Origin: a phage
Reading direction: 5' to 3' (one strand)
DNA: 64,000 nt
Sequence record: PZ386955.1
The notes beneath the pieces are model-generated. The model saw only the letters and a list, made by a program, of their open reading frames with translations. It was not told the DNA's origin and ran no database searches. A program made the position numbers and the translations under genes. Shown here piece after piece: positions 9,495 to 18,368 of this stretch (position 1 is its first letter; each line of letters starts with the position of its first letter).

Positions 9495-10901
9495 ATGGCA
9501 ACTTTTCGTGATAAGGTAGTTTCCGTAACCCTTACCTACGGTGCTACTTCAATTAGTGAAACACAGTTTGATATCCCTCTAATTCTTACAGGGCATAACG
9601 TTACTGGAAATCTTGTAGATTATTTCACTTCTTCAGACGCACTTCTGCAAGCAGGTTTTGGCACTGCCGATCCAGCTTATAAAATGGCAAAACTACTATT
9701 TGACGGTCTGTTCGCACCAGAACAAGTTATCGTCGGTAAGCGTGATGTTTCTAAAACGACTCTAACTCCAGTAGTTGAAGATAGTGCAACTTACGTTATC
9801 ACTATTAAAGCAAATTCAAAAAGCAAGGACTTCAAGTTTGTTGCCGATGATACTGCAACTGCTCAAGAGATTGTTGTTGGTTTAACAGAAATGATCAACG
9901 CAGACGTAGTGTATAAAGAATTTTTCACTGTGTCAAACGATGGTAGTGTTATCACTGTAACCCCAGTTGCAGGTAAATACGCTACTATGGATAGTTCAGG
10001 ATTCACAACTAACGTAGAATATGCAAATGATATCTTAGAAGATATTGCTAAAATTGCAGACTATGAAAACAGTTGGTTCTGGTTACTATCTGATTCTCAC
10101 GCAGAACAAGATATTATCGATCTAGCAGGTTATGTAGAAGAGCACGATAAAGTGTATTTCTTCTCTACCTCGCAACCAGGTGTTCTAACTAAAGAAGAAG
10201 ATAACATTCTAGAACGCTTAGGTGATATGGGCTACAATAACACTTGTATGGCATTGTGGATGACTAACGCTGATACAGTGTTCCCAGAAGCTGCTGTAGT
10301 TGGTTCTATCTGCTCTGCAACACCAGGTACTACTACCCTGCATGGTAAAACCCTTGTTGGTATCGAGATTGAAAAACTTGGTCAGACAGCAGAAAACTTT
10401 ATCGTTCAACAGAATGGTAATATTTACCGTAAAGAACACGGTGTTCTGTTCTACCGTGATGGCTTCATGGTTAGTGGTTTCTATGTTGACTATGTGGTAC
10501 ACGCTCTGTGGTTCAAAGCTCGCGTAGAAGAATCTCTGTTCGCTCTATTCAAGCAGCAATCTATGCTTGGTAGTGGTGTTAGAGCAACTTCTGCTGGTCT
10601 TGCTTTGATTCGTCAGGCTGTTACTGCAAACCCAATCCAAGTAGGTATTAACAATGGTTCTATTGCCAATGAGGTAGTAACTTCAGAGGAAACAGGACTT
10701 CTGGTAAGCCTTAAACCTACTATCTATATCCCATCTCGTGCAGATATGACTGATGCTCAAATCAATGCACGTTTGGTTGATGGTATGGTTATTGAATACG
10801 TATATGCTGGATTCTTCCACTATGTTAAAGTGCAGGTAAACGTTCTGACGAACCGCACTGCAAATAGCCAGAATTCCAATAGCTCTACTGTATCTTCATA
10901 A
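9495..10901 (+). CDS. Tail sheath protein
   Basis: 468-aa ORF immediately upstream of a ~160-aa tube-like ORF, with its own terminator; size and synteny typical of contractile-tail sheath. Confidence 0.65.
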   Translation: MATFRDKVVSVTLTYGATSISETQFDIPLILTGHNVTGNLVDYFTSSDALLQAGFGTADPAYKMAKLLFDGLFAPEQVIVGKRDVSKTTLTPVVEDSATYVITIKANSKSKDFKFVADDTATAQEIVVGLTEMINADVVYKEFFTVSNDGSVITVTPVAGKYATMDSSGFTTNVEYANDILEDIAKIADYENSWFWLLSDSHAEQDIIDLAGYVEEHDKVYFFSTSQPGVLTKEEDNILERLGDMGYNNTCMALWMTNADTVFPEAAVVGSICSATPGTTTLHGKTLVGIEIEKLGQTAENFIVQQNGNIYRKEHGVLFYRDGFMVSGFYVDYVVHALWFKARVEESLFALFKQQSMLGSGVRATSAGLALIRQAVTANPIQVGINNGSIANEVVTSEETGLLVSLKPTIYIPSRADMTDAQINARLVDGMVIEYVYAGFFHYVKVQVNVLTNRTANSQNSNSSTVSS

Positions 10902-10909
10902 TTAAAAGC

Positions 10910-10933
10910 AGCGGGGGAAACCCCGCTTATATG
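10910..10933 (+). terminator. Stem-loop / weak terminator after the sheath gene
   Basis: AGCGGGG-GAAA-CCCCGCT hairpin followed by TATATG. Confidence 0.45.
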
Positions 10934-10959
10934 AAAAGTAGTATAAAAGGAGATCCACT

Positions 10960-11439
10960 TTGGATAAAATGCTTACTGGCGTAATGGCCTATGATCCTTC
11001 TCAAGTAATCCTGTCTTTGGGTGGTTGGGAACCTTGGGGTTTCGCCGCAGATACCAAAATTGTTATTAACAAAACTAACGATATCATCAACCCATATTCA
11101 GGTACTGATGGTGACGTTTCCTTGGCTCTTAGTCGTAACCGTTTAGGTACGCTAACAATGTCACTGCAACGTACTTCCCCAGCAAACGAAGTTCTTGCTG
11201 CTTATGCACAAACGATGTATTCTACTCGTCAAGTAGCATTTAGCGTATATCTAGAAGACCCTCGCGGATATTATATCAGCACAATTGGTTGGATTCAAAG
11301 CCAACCGGACGACACTATTGGTGAAACTATTCAAGAAAACCAATGGGTAATTGGTCTTAAAGATGCAAGCCTACTTCGTTCTACTGTAGGTGTTGGTGTT
11401 AACGCACTTAACTCTATTAGTGCTCTAACTATTCAGTAA
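10960..11439 (+). CDS. Tail tube protein
   Basis: 159-aa ORF after sheath with AAGGAGAT RBS and TTG start; followed by a strong terminator. Confidence 0.6.
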   Translation: MDKMLTGVMAYDPSQVILSLGGWEPWGFAADTKIVINKTNDIINPYSGTDGDVSLALSRNRLGTLTMSLQRTSPANEVLAAYAQTMYSTRQVAFSVYLEDPRGYYISTIGWIQSQPDDTIGETIQENQWVIGLKDASLLRSTVGVGVNALNSISALTIQ

Positions 11440-11443
11440 CAAA

Positions 11444-11470
11444 AAGGGCAGAAATGCCCTTTATTTTTAA
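11444..11470 (+). terminator. Rho-independent terminator after the tube gene
   Basis: AAGGGCA-GAAA-TGCCCTT hairpin followed by TATTTTTAA. Confidence 0.65.
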
Positions 11471-11482
11471 AGAGAGGAAATA

Positions 11483-11965
11483 ATGGAACAACAAAAAGAT
11501 AATACTATTGCAAAATTTGCTCGTCCAGAAGTAATGGTTGAAATTGATCTGGATGAAGGACGCAGTGTAAAATTTAGAGTTCTCAAGTGGAGTCCAACTA
11601 AAGTTTTTGAAAGGATTCCAGAACTAGGTAGTGTACTAGCTGTTCCTATGACAATGTATAATACTGCTCTTATGTCAGCAGACGAAGATCTAGAAGCTCG
11701 TATTGCTATGGCGCTGATCCAATTATTCAGTGGTCTGGAAGAAAAAAACTTAGCCGCATTCTTACGTAAAATTTTAGATGAAGTTTACACAGAAGCAGGT
11801 CACAGTGTTTCCGATAATTTTGATGAATTGTTTTTTGCTCACCCAGAATTAGTTGTTGACTTAGCTGCAAAAGTTCTTGAGGTGAACTATGCCCCTTTTT
11901 TCAAACGAGGTTTCGGAAAACTGTTGACCCAATTTCAAGGAATAGAGACTCTAGCGAAGAGTTAA
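11483..11965 (+). CDS. Tail assembly chaperone (lambda G-like)
   Basis: Acidic 160-aa ORF between tube and tape measure genes; contains slippery heptamer TTTTTTC near its 3' end. Confidence 0.6.
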   Translation: MEQQKDNTIAKFARPEVMVEIDLDEGRSVKFRVLKWSPTKVFERIPELGSVLAVPMTMYNTALMSADEDLEARIAMALIQLFSGLEEKNLAAFLRKILDEVYTEAGHSVSDNFDELFFAHPELVVDLAAKVLEVNYAPFFKRGFGKLLTQFQGIETLAKS

Positions 11966-12240
11966 GTCCGGCAATTAAATCAGCAATTGAAATTGCCTCA
12001 CAAACCCTTAGCTTGACATGGTATGAAGTAATTCTTTGTAAGGTAATTAAGAATACCTCCGAAACCTTGTCCTCGTTAGATAATTACGGTGTAGATTATC
12101 TACTTAAAATTTATGAATATTTAACATTTGAAGACTATGTACAAGATCTTCACGTTAAAGATGCGGATATTAAACGTGGTCAACAGAGAACAATAAGAGA
12201 ACTGGATACGGCTATGAAAAAATTAATTCCAGATTCATAA
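11483..12240 (+). CDS. Tail assembly chaperone, predicted -1 frameshift extended isoform (GT-like)
   Basis: The -1 frame is open from the slippery site at 11896-11902 through track ORF 12013..12240 with no stop; conserved position before the tape measure gene. Confidence 0.5.
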
Positions 12241-12259
12241 GTAATACGGAGGATTACCC

Positions 12260-14239
12260 TTGTTAGAAATTAACACTTCCAAGATTAAGAATACAGTAAC
12301 GTTTACTGTAGATAAAGACAGTTTAAAAAATACTAAAGACGCAATTAAAAACCTTAAAACTTTTACAGAATCTATTGAACCATCTTTAAATATGACTAAA
12401 ATGCGTCGTCAGTTTAAAAGTATGGAAGAGTATGCTAAAAGAATAAGGCAGCAAATGTCAGGTCTTGGCGGCGGTAATCCTCCACCAATCCCACCAACCG
12501 GAGGTTCAAGTGGTGGTGGAAAAGGAGGAAGTGGCAGAGGTGGTTCTGGATCTTCTGGAGGACGTAAGACACCGGAGGAAAGAGCCGCAGAAGCCGCCGC
12601 TAAACGTGCAGCACTTGCTAATATGAAGCAAGACGATTTTAGTTTTAAAGCTATGCCTTTTACAAAAGCAGACAGCAGAATTCTAGAAAAATCTAAGAAG
12701 ATTGTAGAAGAAACTGTTGAACTTTATCGTAAAGGTGTGATTACTAGCCAACAAATGAACAATACTTTGGCTAGACAGTTAGAAGAACTACGCAGATCTC
12801 ATAAAGAGAAGAATGCACAACTTCTTGATGAAGAGAGAGCTAGACGTAGAATTGCCCGTCTGCAAGAAGCAGAAGATAAAAGAAGACAGCGTGTTCGAGA
12901 AAGAGAAAGAAAGGAGTTCGAACGTCAGCAAAGGAGAGAAAAAGAAGCAAGACAGCGAGATAGACAACGTAAGCTATCTGGCGTAGGTAATGCTGCTATT
13001 GCTCTTAACCCTGCTATGTTTGGTGCTGCTCTTTTAGGTGCTGGTTTATATCAAGGCATAAGCAAAATAGCTGAAAGTATCACAACTGCGGCAGAACGTA
13101 TTAATATGGTTAGTAAAGGTGGTCAGAACGTACAGGTAAACCCTAATGCAATTTTAACAATGCGTACTTGGGGTGAGATGAACGGTGTAGACTCTGCCAG
13201 CATTATTAAAGCCATTGACAATATTAAAGACGTTCGTGAACGTTTAGGTAATACTGTACTCCACTCTGAATTTGATGAAAAATCAGGTAAATGGAAAGGT
13301 GGAGATAGTGGTATTAATGAAATCATGAACCAATTTGGTTGGTCGAAAGAAGATGTTGCTAAATTCCAGAACAGACCTTTAGACTTTGTTCAAGCACTTG
13401 TTAATGAAGGTCAAAAAAGAGGAATGAACTCCGCGCAAATTGGTCGTTTGATGGAAAACCTTGGTGATGACTTAATGCACTACCAACGTATGTTTTTGGA
13501 TAACGGTAAAGAGTACATGAAAGTCTTGGATATGTTAAAAAATTCAGGAGCCACTCTTAACGATGAAAACATCAAAGCAGCACAAGATTTTGTTAAGCTA
13601 AGAGCACAAATTAGTGCAGCAGGAGAAGGTTTTACCAATAACTTACTTATAGGATTTATGGATGGTTTAAAATCTGCACCAGATTTTGCAGAGAATATGA
13701 AAACTTTCCAAGAAGCTGCTCGTGGTCTTGGTGAAATGTCTGGTAGTATTGTAAGTAGCCTTGCAAAAATTGCGAAATATTTCCTTGATTTTTCAAATAA
13801 GGTTGGGCCAAAAAACAATACTAAAGAAGCTGTAAGAGATTATTATAATGGTACGCAGTATGGGTACGATGCACAGGTTGGTGGTAATCCTTGGGCTTAT
13901 TGGCCTATTGGAAGAGATCAACATCTACCTGAAAATCAACCTTTAGGTAACTTTGATAGTAGTTTCTTAACTAGTGCCTTAAACCCAAGTGCTTCTAGTA
14001 TCGGTTACAATAGACCTGATTTAACAGCATCTATGCTAACACCACGCCAAGGTGTTCCAGTACCGTTAAGTGTAGAGAATACGGTTGTTATCCCAGACAA
14101 CGCATTCCAGATTAATGTTATTCCAGATGGCTATGGTTTTAGTAATTATCTAGATGCGACAATGAATACCAGTTTTAGTAACTTCTCACAAGGTTTAACT
14201 CTTCAGTTAAGCAGTGGACAATCTTCTACTGGTGGTTAA
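12260..14239 (+). CDS. Tail tape measure protein
   Basis: 659 aa, Gly-rich linker (GGGNPPPIPPTGGSSGGGKGGSG), charged coiled-coil region, hydrophobic GA-rich segment; follows the chaperone pair. Confidence 0.75.
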   Translation: MLEINTSKIKNTVTFTVDKDSLKNTKDAIKNLKTFTESIEPSLNMTKMRRQFKSMEEYAKRIRQQMSGLGGGNPPPIPPTGGSSGGGKGGSGRGGSGSSGGRKTPEERAAEAAAKRAALANMKQDDFSFKAMPFTKADSRILEKSKKIVEETVELYRKGVITSQQMNNTLARQLEELRRSHKEKNAQLLDEERARRRIARLQEAEDKRRQRVRERERKEFERQQRREKEARQRDRQRKLSGVGNAAIALNPAMFGAALLGAGLYQGISKIAESITTAAERINMVSKGGQNVQVNPNAILTMRTWGEMNGVDSASIIKAIDNIKDVRERLGNTVLHSEFDEKSGKWKGGDSGINEIMNQFGWSKEDVAKFQNRPLDFVQALVNEGQKRGMNSAQIGRLMENLGDDLMHYQRMFLDNGKEYMKVLDMLKNSGATLNDENIKAAQDFVKLRAQISAAGEGFTNNLLIGFMDGLKSAPDFAENMKTFQEAARGLGEMSGSIVSSLAKIAKYFLDFSNKVGPKNNTKEAVRDYYNGTQYGYDAQVGGNPWAYWPIGRDQHLPENQPLGNFDSSFLTSALNPSASSIGYNRPDLTASMLTPRQGVPVPLSVENTVVIPDNAFQINVIPDGYGFSNYLDATMNTSFSNFSQGLTLQLSSGQSSTGG

Positions 14240-14246
14240 TGCATAA

Positions 14247-14275
14247 AGCCTCGCTTCGGCGGGGCTTTTTATTTG
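14247..14275 (+). terminator. Rho-independent terminator after the tape measure gene
   Basis: AGCCTCGC-TTCG-GCGGGGCT hairpin followed by TTTTTATTTG. Confidence 0.65.
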
Positions 14276-14277
14276 TC

Positions 14278-14307
14278 TTGACAAAGAGTTGTTTTTCGTG
14301 ATAAAAT
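14278..14307 (+). promoter_or_regulatory. Candidate sigma70-like promoter for the baseplate operon
   Basis: TTGACA at 14278-14283, 17-nt spacer, ATAAAAT; followed by a 7-bp inverted repeat TGATAAG/CTTATCA at 14308-14337. Confidence 0.45.
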
Positions 14308-14354
14308 GAGTGATAAGGGAGAATGTTTCTTATCACATTAAGAGGTAAAATTAT

Positions 14355-15065
14355 ATGGCAGCAAACACTCCAGAACAACACGTTCAAGCGGTTTATAAAG
14401 CGGAACAAGATATAAATTCTACAAAAAACACAAATAACTCTGCCTCTACTGTGAAAGGGGAGAATGGTTTTTGTATTTTAGCAAGTGTTTACAATAGTGC
14501 AAGTGATCAATATATTCAAAACTACCAAGCTATAGTTTTTGATGCTGTTCCAAATATCGGTGTAAAACGTCAAGCAGATGTAACTAGTTATCCTGTAGAA
14601 AATGGAGCTAACGTATCGGATCACGTTCAAGTTAAAAATAATACTTTCTCTTTATCAGGAATGATTACAGAGACACCTGTAAGATTAATGCGAGATATGC
14701 TATATAGTGCTGGTGTTAACGGTACTCGTATCAGTCAAGCAATTACTTACTTAGATAAAATATTTGATGAAAGACAGCCTATCATTTTAATAACAGAACA
14801 TAAGGTGTATGAGAATGTTATTTTGAAAGGCATATCATATGAATATCAAACAGAATATGCAATGCAATTTGACTTGGAATTTGAACAAGTAAGATTAGTT
14901 TCTTACGGGGAAACAAATGCTATTGCACTTAAGACAAAACCAAATAAGAATACAGGTGTTAAAAACAAGAAAGGTACTAGTCCAGATGCTGATTTGGATG
15001 CAAGAACAGGGAAAGCAACTGGTACAGAACATCTTAGTGATCACAGTGCAGATGGTAAAAAATAA
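14355..15065 (+). CDS. Hypothetical baseplate / tail assembly protein
   Basis: First ORF after the tape measure gene; AAGAGG RBS. Confidence 0.45.
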   Translation: MAANTPEQHVQAVYKAEQDINSTKNTNNSASTVKGENGFCILASVYNSASDQYIQNYQAIVFDAVPNIGVKRQADVTSYPVENGANVSDHVQVKNNTFSLSGMITETPVRLMRDMLYSAGVNGTRISQAITYLDKIFDERQPIILITEHKVYENVILKGISYEYQTEYAMQFDLEFEQVRLVSYGETNAIALKTKPNKNTGVKNKKGTSPDADLDARTGKATGTEHLSDHSADGKK

Positions 15066-15076
15066 GGAGAAAATTT

Positions 15077-15496
15077 TTGGCTATTTCATCTTATTCAAAG
15101 ATCAGTAGAAGCACATCTAATAGTGGCTACAATGCAGTATTTATTGATCGAAATTTAGGTTATTATTCTTGGTACTTACCTACAGAACAGTACCCAGACC
15201 AAACATATACAGTAACTCTCGATGGAGTAGATTATGATATACGTTTGAGATGGAATACAAGAGATCAAGCGTGGCAAATGCAATTAGGGTTATCAGGAGA
15301 CAATCCTAGTGTAACTTTTAAAGTAACCAATGGTTTAGATCTTCTAGAGCCATATAAGTATATAGAATCTGTGCCGGATGGTCAACTTTATTTGGTAGAT
15401 ACTGTTAAAATAAACGGTAGACCTAATTACTATGACACAGGTGTAGATAAAAGATTTGCTTTGGTTTATATCGACGCTCTTCCATATCAAGCATGA
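15077..15496 (+). CDS. Hypothetical tail protein
   Basis: ORF with AAGGAGA RBS and TTG start. Confidence 0.4.
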   Translation: MAISSYSKISRSTSNSGYNAVFIDRNLGYYSWYLPTEQYPDQTYTVTLDGVDYDIRLRWNTRDQAWQMQLGLSGDNPSVTFKVTNGLDLLEPYKYIESVPDGQLYLVDTVKINGRPNYYDTGVDKRFALVYIDALPYQA

Positions 15497-15512
15497 TAAA
15501 AGGAGTTTTTAA

Positions 15513-16523
15513 ATGGCAGAAGAAAGAAATTACACAAAAGCTCCTGCACCCAATCTAAACAGAGCATACAAACTGTTAATAGGTACAGCTACTAATACTA
15601 AAGAAAAAAGGACAAAAAATTCCTCTTTCAAATCTACAGTAGACTTAGATACTAAACTAGGGGATGCTAAAAAATCAACCCCTAATTTGTATGTTATTAC
15701 GGAGCACCAAATATCTTTCACAATAAGAAAAGATAATAATAAAGATCCTAATCAAGCCGAGATAACTATTTATAACCTAAGTGATGATACTGTTAATTAT
15801 ATTAACAAAGGTATTCGTAACAACTTGGCTGTTGCTTTGGCAGTAGGTTATGAAGGTCAAGAGTTAATTATGATCTTTAAGGGAACGGTGCAATGGGTGA
15901 GTGATACTTTTAACAATACAGACAGACGTACAGTGTTACATTGTCTGGATGGTGGTATTAACATCTCCGAAGCAAGGACAAGCCGAAGTTATCCGAAAGG
16001 TACAAAAGTAAGTAAGGTTGTTAAAGATTTAGTTAAAGATCTAGGTACTACAGAAGGTAATATTCACGTAGACACAGAGAAAACTTTATCATCTGCAACA
16101 GCTATGTGTGGGAACACATCACATTACTTAGAAAGTATCTGTAAAGGTATTGATCACAATGTGTCGATACAAGATGGATCTGTTTACGTGACACCAAGAT
16201 CACAAATGTCTAGTGCAAGATGCGCATATATTAGTGCAGAAACAGGTTTAATTGGTAGTCCAGAACCTTTCCACAACGATATTAAACCGACACAAAAAGT
16301 AACTAAATCTTCTAAGAAAGCTAAAAAGCCTACAGATGGTGTTAAGTTCAGATGTGAAATGAACGGTGCTATCTTACCAGAAAAAACTGTTTGGCTCAAG
16401 AGCCATAACTACGATGGTGGTTTTAAGGTAGTATCTGTTGTTCATACAGGAGATAGGGAAGGTAAAGACTGGACAACTGAAGTAGAGTCTGTATCTGTAT
16501 CTGCAATTATTAAGAAGGGCTAG
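15513..16523 (+). CDS. Putative baseplate hub protein (gpD / Mu gp44-like position)
   Basis: 336-aa ORF immediately upstream of the spike gene; assignment by synteny. Confidence 0.4.
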   Translation: MAEERNYTKAPAPNLNRAYKLLIGTATNTKEKRTKNSSFKSTVDLDTKLGDAKKSTPNLYVITEHQISFTIRKDNNKDPNQAEITIYNLSDDTVNYINKGIRNNLAVALAVGYEGQELIMIFKGTVQWVSDTFNNTDRRTVLHCLDGGINISEARTSRSYPKGTKVSKVVKDLVKDLGTTEGNIHVDTEKTLSSATAMCGNTSHYLESICKGIDHNVSIQDGSVYVTPRSQMSSARCAYISAETGLIGSPEPFHNDIKPTQKVTKSSKKAKKPTDGVKFRCEMNGAILPEKTVWLKSHNYDGGFKVVSVVHTGDREGKDWTTEVESVSVSAIIKKG

Positions 16524-16525
16524 AA

Positions 16526-17263
16526 ATGGATGCTTTAAATTTTGTAACAGCAATCCGTGGATTAATCAACGAGCAAGTTGCGGAAGTACATACATCTTTA
16601 CCTGTAAGGGTAATTGGTGTAGATTATGGATCTAAGACAGTAACTTTAGAATCTATTGTAAAAAACACCAGATCTACTGAAGATGAAATAGATTACCCAA
16701 CATTCCACGATGTTCCTTTTATGGTAAATGGTGGTGGTACAGGTAGAATTTCATTTCCAATTAAAGCAGGAGATATTGGTGTTGTTGTCTTTTCAGAAAG
16801 AGATCCGTCGAATGCTTTCCAGACAGACGGAGATACAGCCAGCAGCGGAACATTAATTCAACCTTGTGGTTTGTATCCAGCCTGTTTTATTCCTAAGATA
16901 GCAACAGCTACAGATTCTTCTGAAGAAGTAGACCCTGAAAAAGTTGTTATCTCAAATAATAAGCAAACTTACGCTTCGTTTGATCCTAACGGTAATATAT
17001 CTGTGTACAACACACAAGGTATGAAAATAGATATGACACCAAACAGTATCGTTCTTACTGATGCAGGAGGAGGAAAACTTACACTGCAAGGTGGGACTAT
17101 GACATATAAAGGTGGTACTGTAAATTTAAACGGTTTAACAATCACACCTGACGGTCGTATGAAAGATAGTGGTGGCATTGGTTTACACACACATACACAC
17201 CCTGTACGCGGTGTTGAAACTGGTGGTAGCACTGTTACTTCCGACAAACCAAATGGAGGTTAA
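16526..17263 (+). CDS. Baseplate central spike (P2 gpV / Mu gp45-like)
   Basis: N-terminal OB-like region (LPVRVIGVDYG...AGDIGVVVFSERD), Gly-rich beta-helix-like repeats, His cluster LHTHTHP near the C-terminus. Confidence 0.5.
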   Translation: MDALNFVTAIRGLINEQVAEVHTSLPVRVIGVDYGSKTVTLESIVKNTRSTEDEIDYPTFHDVPFMVNGGGTGRISFPIKAGDIGVVVFSERDPSNAFQTDGDTASSGTLIQPCGLYPACFIPKIATATDSSEEVDPEKVVISNNKQTYASFDPNGNISVYNTQGMKIDMTPNSIVLTDAGGGKLTLQGGTMTYKGGTVNLNGLTITPDGRMKDSGGIGLHTHTHPVRGVETGGSTVTSDKPNGG

Positions 17264-17266
17264 CAG

Positions 17267-17902
17267 ATGGGAATACCATTTGATTTAAAACTTGATGGTT
17301 CTAACGATTTAGTAATGGTGGATGGTGATTTAACACTAACCACAACTAAAAGTGAAATTGCAGCACAGACGCTTGGAATAACACTTAGAACTTTCCGTGG
17401 AGAATGGTTCCTCAACTCTAATTTTGGGGTTCCATATCTGCAAGAGATTATTGGTGTTGCCAAGAAGAAAGAGATTGTTGATCGCATTTTCTTATCAACT
17501 ATCGCAAGTAATGTTTATATAGATAATATTAATTCCTACACATCCTCTTATGATAGAGATGATAGGTATTACTCAATGAACGTTACTGTTACAGTTGGTG
17601 AACAAGTTGTTAGTGCTCTATTCAGTACACAGCCGTCTGAAGAATATATCTATCCAGAAGCTGGTGACGATAATGCAGCAATCACTTGTGAAGCATTTGA
17701 AATTGTTGAATCTGCAAATAGACTCTATCGCTTTATTAACATTGTTGGTCTTCCTAGAGATACTTATTCTACTTGGTGGAATGAGTGGTCTAACGAGGCA
17801 TTGATTGAAAAATACCTTGTTAACGAAGCCAATAAAGGTCTTGCAACCAATTACAACTATGCATTAACAGCAACAATGGGAGCTACAAATAATAATGGCT
17901 GA
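17267..17902 (+). CDS. Baseplate wedge protein (gp25 / gpW-like N-terminal domain)
   Basis: N-terminal pattern (DG..LVMVDGDL...Q.LGITLRTFRGEWFLN..FGVPYLQEI) typical of gp25/W-like proteins; position after spike. Confidence 0.45.
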   Translation: MGIPFDLKLDGSNDLVMVDGDLTLTTTKSEIAAQTLGITLRTFRGEWFLNSNFGVPYLQEIIGVAKKKEIVDRIFLSTIASNVYIDNINSYTSSYDRDDRYYSMNVTVTVGEQVVSALFSTQPSEEYIYPEAGDDNAAITCEAFEIVESANRLYRFINIVGLPRDTYSTWWNEWSNEALIEKYLVNEANKGLATNYNYALTATMGATNNNG

Positions 17903-18368
17903 TTTAACTACAATCAAGGTGTCTGATCTACCTGTAACAACATCTGTTTCAGACACAGATTATTTTGTAACAGATCAATCAGGCATCACTAAGAAAACAT
18001 CATTACGTGTTCTTCTTGCGGGTGCTGGTGTTACACGAAATCGTCTTTCTGCAAGGGGTACTGTCACAAATACCCTAGCTTTAGATATTAGCACGGCAGA
18101 GTATTTCTCTGCCACTTTATCTAGTCCAACTTGCAGTATTTCATTTAGTAATGTTCCAGTTACAACTAACATTGTTCAAAACTTTACTCTATCCCTACGT
18201 CAAGGCAGTGGAGCAAATAAAGTAACGTGGCCTCAATCTGTTAAATGGAGTTTTGGTCGCGCTCCTGTTTTGAGTTATAAACAGGGAGCTACAGATATTT
18301 TTGAATTTGTTAGTTATGATAATGGAGCTACCTGGATAGGTAGTTTAGTGATGGCAGGAGTGATTTAA
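17895..18368 (+). CDS. Hypothetical tail fibre-related protein
   Basis: N-terminus (IKVSDLPVTTSVSDTDYFVTDQSG..KKTSL) resembles the N-terminal anchor motif of the tailspike at 23421. Confidence 0.4.
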   Translation: MADLTTIKVSDLPVTTSVSDTDYFVTDQSGITKKTSLRVLLAGAGVTRNRLSARGTVTNTLALDISTAEYFSATLSSPTCSISFSNVPVTTNIVQNFTLSLRQGSGANKVTWPQSVKWSFGRAPVLSYKQGATDIFEFVSYDNGATWIGSLVMAGVI

